From contig OZ024744.1 of NCBI GenBank assembly GCA_964016885.1, positions 9,362,001 through 9,426,000 on the forward strand: a DNA stretch of 64,000 nucleotides, read 5' to 3'. Below are positions 10,891 to 24,000 of the stretch, piece after piece. This stretch comes from Eledone cirrhosa (Eukaryota). The position numbers were made by a program, and so were the translations under genes. How positions within the stretch are numbered: the first letter of the stretch is position 1; every line of letters starts with the position of its first letter. The notes beneath the pieces were generated by a model, which made no database searches, was not told the DNA's origin, and saw only the letters and a list, made by a program, of their open reading frames with translations.

Positions 10891-13800
10891 GATGTATGTA
10901 TTATCTGGTTATGTGTTGTATGTAATCCTAGATGTATGTATTACCTGATTATGTGGTGTATGTGGTCCAAGATGTATGTATTACCTGGTTATGTGTTGTA
11001 TGTGGTCCTAGATGTATGTATTACTTGGTTGTGTGTTGTATGTGGTCCTAGATGTATGTACTACCTGGTTATGTGTTGTATGTGGTCCTAGATGTATGTA
11101 TTACCTGCTTGTGTGTTCTATGTAGTCCTAGATGTATGTAATACCTGGTTATGTGTTGTATGTAGTCCTGGATGTATGTATTACCTGCCTGTGTGTTGTA
11201 TGTGGTCCTAGATGTATGTACTACCTGGTTATGTGTTGTATGTGGTCCTAGATGTATGTATTACCTGCTTGTGTGTTCTATGTAGTCCTAGATGTATGTA
11301 TTACCTGGTTATGTGTTGTATGTAGTCCTATATGTGTGTATTACGTGGTTATGTGGTGTATGTAGTCCTAGATGTATGTATTACCTGCTTGTGTGTCGTA
11401 TGTGGTCCTAGATGTATGTATTACTTGGTTATGTGTTGTATGTGGTCCTAGATGTTGTTATAACCTGCCTGTTGTTGTATGTGGTCCTAGAAGTGTGTAT
11501 TACCTGCCTGTGTGTTGTATGTAGTCCTAGATGTATGTATTACCTGGTTATGTGTTGTATGTGGTCCTAGATGTATGTATTCCCAGCCTGTGTGTTGTAT
11601 GTGGTCCTAGATGTATGTATTACCTGGTTATGTGTTGTATGTAGTTCTAGATGTATGTACTACCTGGTTATGTGTTGTATGTGGTCCTAGATGTATGTAT
11701 TACCTGCTTGTGTGTTGTATGTGGTCCTAGATATATGTATTACCTGGTTGTGTGTTCTATGTAGTCCTAGATGTATGTATTACCTGGTTATGTGTTGTAT
11801 GTAGTCCTAGATGTATGTATTACCTGCTTGTGTGTTGTATGTGGTCCTAGATGTATGTATTACTTGGTTATGTGTTGTATGTGGTCCTAGATGTTGTTAT
11901 AACCTGTCTGTTGTTGTATGTGGTCCTAGATGTGTGTATTACCTGCTTGTGTGTTGTATGTAGTCCTAGATGTATGTATTACCTGGTTATGTGTTGTATG
12001 TAGTCCTAGATGTATATACTACCTGGTTATGTGTTGTATGTGGTCCTAGATGTATGTATTACCTGGTTGTGTGTTCTATGTAGTCCTAGATGTATGTATT
12101 ACCTGGTTATGTGTTGTATGTAGTCCTAGATGTGTGTATTACCTGGTTATGTGGTGTATGTAGTCATAGATGTATGTATTACCTGCTTGTGTGTTGTATG
12201 TGGTCCTAGATGTATGTATTACCTGCTTGTGTGTTGTATGTGGTCCTAGATGTATGTATTACCTGGTTATGTGTTGTATGTAGTCCTAGATCTGTGTATT
12301 ACCTGATTATGTGGTGTATGTAGTCCAAGATGTATGTATTACCTGCTTGTGTGTTGTAAGTGGTCCTAGATGTATGTATTACTTGGTTATGTGTTGTATG
12401 TGGTCCTAGATGTGTGTATTACCTGCTTATGTGTTGTATGTGGCCTTAGATGTGTGTATTACCTGCTTGTGTGTTGTATGTGGCCCTAGATGTGTGTATT
12501 ACCTGCTTGTGTGTTGTATGTTGTCCTAGATGTGTGTATTCCCTGCTTGTGTGTTTCATGTGGTCCTAGATGTATGTATTACCTGCTTATGTGTTGTATG
12601 TGGTCGAAGATGTATGTATTACCTGCCAGTGTGTTGTATGCGGTCCTAGATGTATGTATTACCTACTGGTGTGTTGTATGTGGCCCTAGATGTGTGTATT
12701 ACCTGGTTATGTGTTGTATGTAGTCCTAGATGTGTGTATTACCCGCTTGTATGTTGTATATAGTCCTGGATGTATGTATTACCTGCTTGTGTGTTGTATG
12801 TAGTCCTAGATGTGTGTATTACCTGCTTGTGTGTTCTATGTGGCCTTAGATGTGTGTATTACCTGCTTGTGTGTTGCATGTGGCCCTAGATGTGTGTATT
12901 ACCTGGTTATGTGTTGTATGTAGTCTTATGTGTATTTATTACGTGCTTGTGTGTTGTATGTGGTCCTAGATGTGTGTATTACTTGCTTGTGTGTTCTATG
13001 TAGTCCTAGATGTATGTATTACCTGGTTATGTGTTGTATGTAGTGATAGATGTATGTATTACTTGGTTATGTGTTGTATGTTGTCCTAGATGTGTGTATT
13101 ACCTGCTTGTGTGTCCTAGATAATGTATTACCTGCTTGTGTGTTGTATGTGTTCCTATATGTGTGTATTACCTGCTTGTGTGTTGTATGTAGTCCTAGAT
13201 GTATGTATTACCTGCTTGTGTGTTGTATGTAGTCCTTGATGTATGTATTACCTGCTTGTGTGTTGTATGTAGTCCTAGATGTGTGTGTTACCTGCTTGTG
13301 TGTTGTATGTGGCCCTAGATGTGTGTATTACCTGCTTGTGTGTTGTATGTGGCCCTAGATGTGTGTATTACCTGGTTATGTGTTGTATGTAGTCCTAGAT
13401 GTGTGTATTACCTGCTTGTATGTTGTATATAGTCCTAGATGTATGTATTACCTGCTTGTGTGTTGTATGTAGTCCTAGATGTGTGTATTACCTGCTTCTG
13501 TGTTGTATGTGGCCTTAGATGTGTGTATTACCTGCTTGTGTGTTGTATGTGGTCCTAGATGTGTGTATTCCCTGCTTGTGTGTTGTATGTGGTCCTAGAT
13601 GTATGTATTACCTGCTTATGTGTTGTATGTGGTCCAAGATGTATGTATTACCTGCCTGTGTGTTGTATGTGGTCCTAGATGTATGTATTACCTACTGGTG
13701 TGTTGTATGTGGTCCTAGATGTGTGTATTACCTGCTTGTGTGTTGTATGTGGTCCTAGATGTATGTATTACCTGGTTATGTGTTGTATGTAGTCCTAGAT

Positions 13801-16159
13801 GTATGTATTACCTGGTTATGTGTTGTATGTGGTCCTAGATGTTGTTATAACCTGCCTGTTGTTGTATGTGGTCCTAGAAGTGTGTATTACCTGCCTGTGT
13901 GTTGTATGTAGTCCTAGATGTATGTATTACCTGGTTATGTGTTGTATGTGGTCCTAGATGTATGTATTACCAGCCTGTGTGTTGTATGTGGTCCTAGATG
14001 TATGTATTACCTGGTTATGTGTTGTATGTTGTCCTAGATGTGTTATTACCTGCTTGTATGTTTTATGTGGTCCTAGATGTGTGTATTACTTGCTTGTGTG
14101 TTCTATGTAGTCCTAGATGTATGTATTACCTGCTGGTGTGTTGTATGTGGTCCTGGATGTATGTAATACCTGCTTGTGTGTTGTATGTGGTTCTAGATGT
14201 ATGTATTACCTGGTTATGTGTTGTATGTGGTCCTAGATGTATGTATTACCTGGTTATGTTTTGTATGTAGTCCTAGATGTATGTACTACCTGGTTATGTG
14301 TTGTATGTGGTCCTAGATGTATGTATTACCTGCTTGTGTGTTGTATGTGGTCCTAGATATATGTATTACCTGGTTGTGTGTTCTATGTAGTCCTAGATGT
14401 ATGTATTACCTGGTTATGTGTTGTATGTAGTCCTAGATGTATGTATTACCTGCTTGAGTGTTGTATGTGGTCCTAGATGTATGTATTACTTGGTTATGTG
14501 TTGTATGTGGTCCTAGATGTTGTTATAACCTGTCTGTTGTTGTATGTGGTCCTAGATGTGTGTATTACCTGCTTGTGTGTTGTATGTAGTCCTAGATGTA
14601 TGTATTACCTGGTTATGTGTTGTATGTAGTCCTAGATGTATGTACTACCTGGTTATGTGTTGTATGTGGTCCTAGATGTATGTATTACCAGGTTGTATGT
14701 TCTATGTAGTCCTAGATGTATGTATTACCTGGTTATGTGTTGTATGTAGTCCTAGATGTGTGTATTACCTGGTTATGTGGTGTATGTAGTCATAGATGTA
14801 TGTATTACCTGCTTGTGTGTTGTATGTGGTCCTAGATGTATGTATTACTTGGTTATGTGTTGTATGTGGTCCTAGATGTTGTTATAACCTGTCTGTTGTT
14901 GTATGTGGTCCTAGATGTGTGTATTACCTGCTTGTGTGTTGTATGTGGTCCTAGATGTATGTATTACCTGGTTATGTGTTGTATGTGGTCCTAGATGTGT
15001 TATTACCTGCTTGTATGTTACATGTGGTCCTAGATGTGTGTATTACTTGCTTGTGTGTTCTATGTAGTCCTAGATGTATGTATTACCTGGTTATGTGTTG
15101 TATGTAGTCATAGATGTATGTATTACTTGGTTATGTGTTGTATGTGTTCCTAGATGTGTGTATTACCTGCTTGTGTGTCCTAGATGTATGTATTACCTGC
15201 TTGTGTGTTGTATGTGTTCCTATATGTGTGTGTTGTATGTAGTGTTAGATGTATGTATTACCTGCCTGTGTGTTGTATGTGGTCCTAGATGTATGTATTA
15301 CCTGCTTGTGTGTTGTATGTAGTCCTTGATGTATGTATTACCTGCTTGTGTGTTGTATGTAGTCCTAGATGTGTGTATTACCTGCTTGTGTGTTGTATGT
15401 GGCCCTAGATGTGTGTATTACCTGCTTGTGTGTTGTATGTGGCCCTAGATGTGTGTATTACCTGGTTATGTGTTGTATGTAGTCCTAGATGTGTGTATTA
15501 CCCGCTTGTATGTTGTATATAGTCCTAGATGTATGTATTACCTGCTTGTGTGTTGTATGTAGTCCTAGATGTGTGTATTACCTGCTTGTGTGTTGTATGT
15601 GGCCTTAGATGTGTGTATTACCTGCTTGTGTGTTGTATGTGGCCCTAGATGTGTGTACTACCTGCTTGTGTGTTGTATGTGGTCCTAGATGTATGTATTA
15701 CCTGGTTGTGTGTTCTATGTAGTCCTAGATGTATGTATTACCTGGTTATGTGTTGTATGTGGTCCTAGATGTATGTATTACCTGTTTCTGTGTTGTACGT
15801 GGTCCTAGATGCATGTATTACCTGGTTATGTGTTGTATGTGGTGCTAGATGTATGTATTACCTGCTTGTGTGTTGTATGTGGCCCTATATGTGTGTATTA
15901 CCTGCTTGTGTGTTGTATGTGGTCCTAGATGTATGTATTATCTGGTTATGTGTTGTATGTAATCCTAGATGTATGTATTACATGATTATGTGGTGTATGT
16001 GGTCCAAGATGTATGTATTACCTGGTTATGTGTTGTATGTGGTCCTAGATGTATGTATTACCTGGTTATGTTTTGTATGTAGTCCTAGATGTATGTACTA
16101 CCTGGTTATGTGTTGTATGTTGTCCTAGATGTATGTATTACCTGCTTGTGTGTTGTATG

Positions 16160-18060
16160 TGGTCCTAGATATATGTATTACCTGGTTGTGTGTTCTATGT
16201 AGTCCTAGATGTATGTATTACCTGGTTATGTGTTGTATGTAGTCCTAGATGTATGTATTACCTGCTTGAGTGTTGTATGTGGTCCTAGATGTATGTATTA
16301 CTTGGTTATGTGTTGTATGTGGTCCTAGATGTTGTTATAACCTGTCTGTTGTTGTATGTGGTCCTAGATGTGTGTATTACCTGCTTGTGTGTTGTATGTA
16401 GTCCTAGATGTATGTATTACCTGGTTATGTGTTGTATGTGGTCCTAGATGTATGTACTACCTGGTTATGTGTTGTATGTGGTCCTAGATGTATGTATTAA
16501 CAGGTTGTATGTTCTATGTAGTCCTAGATGTATGTATTACCTGGTTATGTGTTGTATGTAGTCCTAGATGTGTGTATTACCTGGTTATGTGGTGTATGTA
16601 GTCATAGATGTATGTATTACCTGCTTGTGTGTTGTATGTGGTCCTAGATGTATGTATTACTTGGTTATGTGTTGTATGTGGTCCTAGATGTTGTTATAAC
16701 CTGTCTGTTGTTGTATGTGGTCCTAGATGTGTGTATTACCTGCTTGTGTGTTGTATGTGGTCCTAGATGTATGTATTACCTGGTTATGTGTTGTATGTGG
16801 TCCTAGATGTGTTATTACCTGCTTGTATGTTATATGTGGTTCTAGATGTGTGTATTACTTGCCTGTGTGTTCTATGTAGTCCTAGATGTATGTATTACCT
16901 GGTTATGTGTTGTATGTAGTCATAGATGTATGTATTACTTGGTTATGTGTTGTATGTGTTCCTAGATGTGTGTATTACCTGCTTGTGTGTCCTAGATGTA
17001 TGTATTACCTGCTTGTGTGTTGTATGTGTTCCTATATGTGTGTATTACCTGCTTGTGTGTTGTATGTAGTGTTAGATGTATGTATTACCTGCCTGTGTGT
17101 TGTATGTGGTCCTAGATATATGTATTACCTGGTTGTGTGTTCTATGTAGTCCTAGATGTATATATTACCTGGTTATGTGTTGTATGTAGTCCTAGATGTA
17201 TGTATTACCTGCTTGAGTGTTGTATGTGGTCCTAGATGTATGTATTACTTGGTTATGTGTTGTATGTGGTCCTAGATGTTGTTATAACCTGTCTGTTGTT
17301 GTATGTGGTCCTAGATGTGTGTATTACCTGCTTGTGTGTTGTATGTAGTCCTAGATGTATGTATTACCTGGTTATGTGTTGTATGTAGTCCTAGATGTAT
17401 GTACTACCTGGTTATGTGTTGTATGTGGTCCTAGATGTATGTATTAACAGGTTGTATGTTCTATGTAGTCCTAGATGTATGTATTACCTGGTTATGTGTT
17501 GTATGTAGTCCTAGATGTGTGTATTACCTGGTTATGTGGTGTATGTAGTCATAGATGTATGTATTACCTGCTTGTGTGTTGTATGTGGTCCTAGATGTAT
17601 GTATTACTTGGTTATGTGTTGTATGTGGTCCTAGATGTTGTTATAACCTGTCTGTTGTTGTATGTGGTCCTAGATGTGTGTATTACCTGCTTGTGTGTTG
17701 TATGTGGTCCTAGATGTATGTATTACCTGGTTATGTGTTGTATGTGGTCCTAGATGTGTTATTACCTGCTTGTATGTTATATGTGGTTCTAGATGTGTGT
17801 ATTACTTGCTTGTGTGTTCTATGTAGTCCTAGATGTATGTATTACCTGGTTATGTGTTGTATGTAGTCATAGATGTATGTATTACTTGGTTATGTGTTGT
17901 ATGTGTTCCTAGATGTGTGTATTACCTGCTTGTGTGTCCTAGATGTATGTATTACCTGCTTGTGTGTTGTATGTGTTCCTATATGTGTGTATTACCTGCT
18001 TGTGTGTTGTATGTAGTGTTAGATGTATGTATTACCTGCCTGTGTGTTGTATGTGGTCCT
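16160..18060 (+). repeat. Tandem duplication of a 947-bp unit (24 monomers: 20x40 + 3x39 + 1x30)
   Basis: GATATATG occurs at 16168/17115 and the private variant TTAACAGGTTGTAT at ~16497/17444. ORF pair 16886/17833. Confidence 0.88.
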
Positions 18061-21000
18061 AGATGTATGTATTACCTGCTTGTGTGTTGCATGTAGTCCT
18101 TGATGTATGTATTACCTGCTTGTGTGTTGTATGTAGTCCTAGATGTGTGTATTACCTGCTTGTGTGTTGTATGTGGCCCTAGATGTGTGTATTACCTGCT
18201 TGTGTGTTGTATGTGGCCCTAGATGTGTGTATTACCTGGTTATGTGTTGTATGTAGTCCTAGATGTGTGTATTAGCCGCTTGTATGTTGTATATAGTCCT
18301 AGATGTATGTATTACCTGCTTGCGTGTTGTATGTAGTCCTAGATGTGTGTATTACCTGCTTGTGTGTTGTATGTGGCCTTAGATGTGTGTATTACCTGCT
18401 TGTGTGTTGTATGTGGCCCTAGATGTGTGTATTACCTGCTTGTGTGTTGTATGTGGTCCTAGATGTATGTATTACCTGGTTGTGTGTTCTATGTAGTCCT
18501 AGATGTATGTATTACCTGGTTATGTGTTGTATGTGGTCCTAGATGTATGTATTACCTGTTTCTGTGTTGTACGTGGTCCTAGATGCATGTATTACCTGGT
18601 TATGTGTTGTATGTGGTGCTAGATGTATGTATTACCTGCTTGTGTGTTGTATGTGGCCCTATATGTGTGTATTACCTGCTTGTGTGTTGTATGTGGTCCT
18701 AGATGTATGTATTATCTGGTTATGTGTTGTATGTAATCCTAGATGTATGTATTACCTGATTATGTGGTGTATGTGGTCCAAGATGTATGTATTACCTGGT
18801 TATGTGTTGTATGTGGTCCTAGATGTATGTATTACTTGGTTGTGTGTTGTATGTGGTCCTAGATGTATGTACTACCTGGTTATGTGTTGTATGTGGTCCT
18901 AGATGTATGTATTACCTGCTTGTGTGTTCTATGTAGTCCTAGATGTATGTAATACCTGGTTATGTGTTGTATGTAGTCCTGGATGTATGTATTACCTGCC
19001 TGTGTGTTGTATGTGGTCCTAGATGTATGTACTACCTGGTTATGTGTTGTATGTGGTCCTAGATGTATGTATTACCTGCTTGTGTGTTCTATGTAGTCCT
19101 AGATGTATGTATTACCTGGTTATGTGTTGTATGTAGTCCTATATGTGTGTATTACGTGGTTATGTGGTGTATGTAGTCCTAGATGTATGTATTACCTGCT
19201 TGTGTGTCGTATGTGGTCCTAGATGTATGTATTACTTGGTTATGTGTTGTATGTGGTCCTAGATGTTGTTATAACCTGCCTGTTGTTGTATGTGGTCCTA
19301 GAAGTGTGTATTACCTGCCTGTGTGTTGTATGTAGTCCTAGATGTATGTATTACCTGGTTATGTGTTGTATGTGGTCCTAGATGTATGTATTCCCAGCCT
19401 GTGTGTTGTATGTGGTCCTAGATGTATGTATTACCTGGTTATGTGTTGTATGTAGTCCTAGATGTATGTACTACCTGGTTATGTGTTGTATGTGGTCCTA
19501 GATGTATGTATTACCTGCTTGTGTGTTGTATGTGGCCCTATATGTGTGTATTACCTGCTTGTGTGTTGTATGTGGTCCTAGATATATGTATTACCTGGTT
19601 GTGTGTTCTATGTAGTCCTAGATGTATGTATTACCTGGTTATGTGTTGTATGTAGTCCTAGATGTATGTATTACCTGCTTGTGTGTTGTATGTGGTCCTA
19701 GATGTATGTATTACTTGGTTATGTGTTGTATGTGGTCCTAGATGTTGTTATAACCTGTCTGTTGTTGTATGTGGTCCTAGATGGTGTATTACCTGCTTGT
19801 GTGTTGTATGTAGTCCTAGATGTATATACTACCTGGTTATGTGTTGTATGTGGTCCTAGATGTATGTATTACCTGGTTGTGTGTTCTATGTAGTCCTAGA
19901 TGTATGTATTACCTGGTTATGTGTTGTATGTAGTCCTAGATGTGTGTATTACCTGGTTATGTGGTGTATGTAGTCATAGATGTATGTATTGCCTGCTTGT
20001 GTGTTGTATGTGGTCCTAGATGTATGTATTACCTGCTTGTGTGTTGTATGTGGTCCTAGATGTATGTATTACCTGGTTATGTGTTGTATGTAGTCCTAGA
20101 TCTGTGTATTACCTGATTATGTGGTGTATGTAGTCCAAGATGTATGTATTACCTGCTTGTGTGTTGTAAGTGGTCCTAGATGTATGTATTACTTGGTTAT
20201 GTGTTGTATGTGGTCCTAGATGTGTGTATTACCTGCTTGTGTGTTGTATGTGGTCCTAGATGTATGTATTACCTGGTTATGTGTTGTATGTGGTCCTAGA
20301 TGTGTGTATTACCTGCTTGTGTGTTGTATGTGGCCTTAGATGTGTGTATTACCTGCTTGTGTGTTGTATGTGGCCTTAGATGTGTGTATTACCTGCTAGT
20401 GTGTTGTATGTTGTCCTAGATGTGTGTATTTCCTGCTTGTGTGTTTCATGTGGTCCTAGATGTATGTATTACCTGCTTATGTGTTGTATGTGGTCGAAGA
20501 TGTATGTATTACCTGCCAGTGTGTTGTATGCGGTCCTAGATGTATGTATTACCTACTGGTGTGTTGTATGTGGCCTTAGATGTGTGTATTACCTGGTTAT
20601 GTGTTGTATGTAGTCCTAGATGTGTGTATTACCCGCTTGTATGTTGTATATAGTCCTGGATGTATGTATTACCTGCTTGTGTGTTGTATGTAGTCCTAGA
20701 TGTGTGTATTACCTGCTTGTGGGTTCTATGTGGCCTTAGATGTGTGTATTACCTGCTTGTGTGTTGCATGTGGCCCTAGATGTGTGTATTACCTGGTTAT
20801 GTGTTGTATGTAGTCTTATGTGTATTTATTACGTGCTTGTGTGTTGTATGTGGTCCTAGATGTGTGTATTACTTGCTTGTGTGTTCTATGTAGTCCTAGA
20901 TGTATGTATTACCTGGTTATGTGTTGTATGTAGTGATAGATGTATGTATTACTTGGTTATGTGTTGTATGTGGTCCTAGATGTGTGTATTACCTGCTTGT

Positions 21001-24000
21001 GTGTCCTAAATAATGTATTACCTGCTTGTGTGTTGTATGTGTTCCTATATGTGTGTATTACCTGCTTGTGTGTTGTATGTAGTCCTAGATGTATGTATTA
21101 CCTGCTTGTGTGTTGTATGTAGTCCTTGATGTATGTATTACCTGCTTGTGTGTTGTATGTAGTCCTAGATGTGTGTATTACCTGCTTGTGTGTTGTATGT
21201 GGCCCTAGATGTGTGTATTACCTGCTTGTGTGTTGTATGTGGCCCTAGATGTGTGTATTACCTGGTTATGTGTTGTATGTAGTCCTAGATGTGTGTATTA
21301 CCTGCTTGTATGTTGTATATAGTCCTAGATGTATGTATTACCTGCTTGTGTGTTGTATGTAGTCGTAGATGTGTGTCTTACCTGCTTCTGTGTTGTATGT
21401 GGCCTTAGATGTGTGTATTACCTGCTTGTGTGTTGTATGTGGTCCTAGATGTGTGAAATTCCCTGCTTGTGTGTTGTATGTGGTCATAGATGTATGTATT
21501 ACCTGCTTATGTGTTGTATGTGGTCCAAGATGTATGTATTACCTGCCTGTGTGTTGTATGTGGTCCTAGATGTATGTATTACCTACTGGTGTGTTGTATG
21601 TGGTCCTAGATGTGTGTATTACCTGCTTGTGTGTTGTATGTGGTCCTAGATGTATGTATTACCTGGTTATGTGTTGTATGTAGTCCTAGATGTATGTATT
21701 ACCTGGTTATGTGTTGTATGTGGTCCTAGATGTTGTTATAACCTGCCTGTTGTTGTATGTGGTCCTAGAAGTGTGTATTACCTGCCTGTGTGTTGTATGT
21801 AGTCCTAGATGTATGTATTACCTGGTTATGTGTTGTATGTTGTCCTAGATGTATGTATTACCAGCCTGTGTGTTGTATGTGGTCCTAGATGTATGTATTA
21901 CCTGGTTATGTGTTGTATGTTGTCCTAGATGTGTTATTACCTGCTTGTATGTTTTATGTGGTCCTAGATGTGTGTATTACTTGCTTGTGTGTTCTATGTA
22001 GTCCTAGATGTATGTATTACCTGCTGGTGTGTTGTATGTGGTCCTGGATGTATGTAATACCTGCTTGTGTGTTGTATGTGGTTCTAGATGTATGTATTAC
22101 CTGGTTATGTGTTGTATGTGGTCCTAGATGTATGTATTACCTGGTTATGTTTTGTATGTAGTCCTAGATGTATGTACTACCTGGTTATGTGTTGTATGTG
22201 GTCCTAGATGTATGTATTACCTGCTTGTGTGTTGTATGTGGTCCTAGATATATGTATTACCTGGTTGTGTGTTCTATGTAGTCCTAGATGTATGTATTAC
22301 CTGGTTATGTGTTGTATGTAGTCCTAGATGTATGTATTACCTGCTTGAGTGTTGTATGTGGTCCTAGATGTATGTATTACTTGGTTATGTGTTGTATGTG
22401 GTCCTAGATGTTGTTATAACCTGTCTGTTGTTGTATGTGGTCCTAGATGTGTGTATTACCTGCTTGTGTGTTGTATGTAGTCCTAGATGTATGTATTACC
22501 TGGTTATGTGTTGTATGTAGTCCTAGATGTATGTACTACCTGGTTATGTGTTGTATGTGGTCCTAGATGTATGTATTACCAGGTTGTATGTTCTATGTAG
22601 TCTAAGATGTATGTATTACCTGGTTATGTGTTGTATGTAGTCCTAGATGTGTGTATTACCTGGTTATGTGGTGTATGTAGTCATAGATGTATGTATTACC
22701 TGCTTGTGTGTTGTATATGGTCCTAGATGTATGTATTACTTGGTTATGTGTTGTATGTGGTCCTAGATGTTGTTATAACCTGTCTGTTGTTGTATGTGGT
22801 CCTAGATGGTGTATTACCTGCTTGTGTGTTGTATGTAGTCCTAGATGTATGTATTACCTGGTTATGTGTTGTATGTAGTCCTAGATGTATATACTACCTG
22901 CTTATGTGTTGTATGTGGTCCTAGATGTATGTATTACCTGGTTGTGTGTTCTATGTAGTCCTAGATGTATGTATTACCTGGTTATGTGTTGTATGTAGTC
23001 CTAGATGTGTGTATTACCTGGTTATGTGGTGTATGTAGTCATAGATGTATGTATTACCTGCTTGTGTGTTGTATGTGGTCCTAGATGTATGTATTACTTG
23101 GTTATGTGTTGTATGTGGTCCTAGATGTTGTTATAACCTGTCTGTTGTTGTATGTGGTCCTAGATGTGTGTATTACCTGCTTGTGTGTTGTATGTGGTCC
23201 TAGATGTATGTATTACCTGGTTATGTGTTGTATGTGGTCCTAGATGTGTTATTACCTGCTTGTATGTTATATGTGGTTCTAGATGTGTGTATTACTTGCT
23301 TGTGTGTTCTATGTAGTCCTAGATGTATGTATTACCTGGTTATGTGTTGTATGTAGTCATAGATGTATGTATTACTTGGTTATGTGTTGTATGTGTTCCT
23401 AGATGTGTGTATTACCTGCTTGTGTGTCCTAGATGTATGTATTACCTGCTTGTGTGTTGTATGTGTTCCTATATGTGTGTATTACCTGCTTGTGTGTTGT
23501 ATGTAGTGTTAGATGTATGTATTACCTGCCTGTGTGTTGTATGTGGTCCTAGATGTATGTATTACCTGCTTGTGTGTTGCATGTAGTCCTTGATGTATGT
23601 ATTACCTGCTTGTGTGTTGTATGTAGTCCTAGATGTGTGTATTACCTGCTTGTGTGTTGTATGTGGCCCTAGATGTGTGTATTACCTGCTTGTGTGTTGT
23701 ATGTGGCCCTAGATGTGTGTATTACCTGGTTATGTGTTGTATGTAGTCCTAGATGTGTGTATTACCCGCTTGTATGTTGTATATAGTCCTAGATGTATGT
23801 ATTACCTGCTTGTGTGTTGTATGTAGTCCTAGATGTGTGTATTACCTGCTTGTGTGTTGTATGTGGCCTTAGATGTGTGTATTACCTGCTTGTGTGTTGT
23901 ATGTGGCCCTAGATGTGTGTATTACCTGCTTGTGTGTTGTATGTGGTCCTAGATGTATGTATTACCTGGTTGTGTGTTCTATGTAGTCCTAGATGTACGT

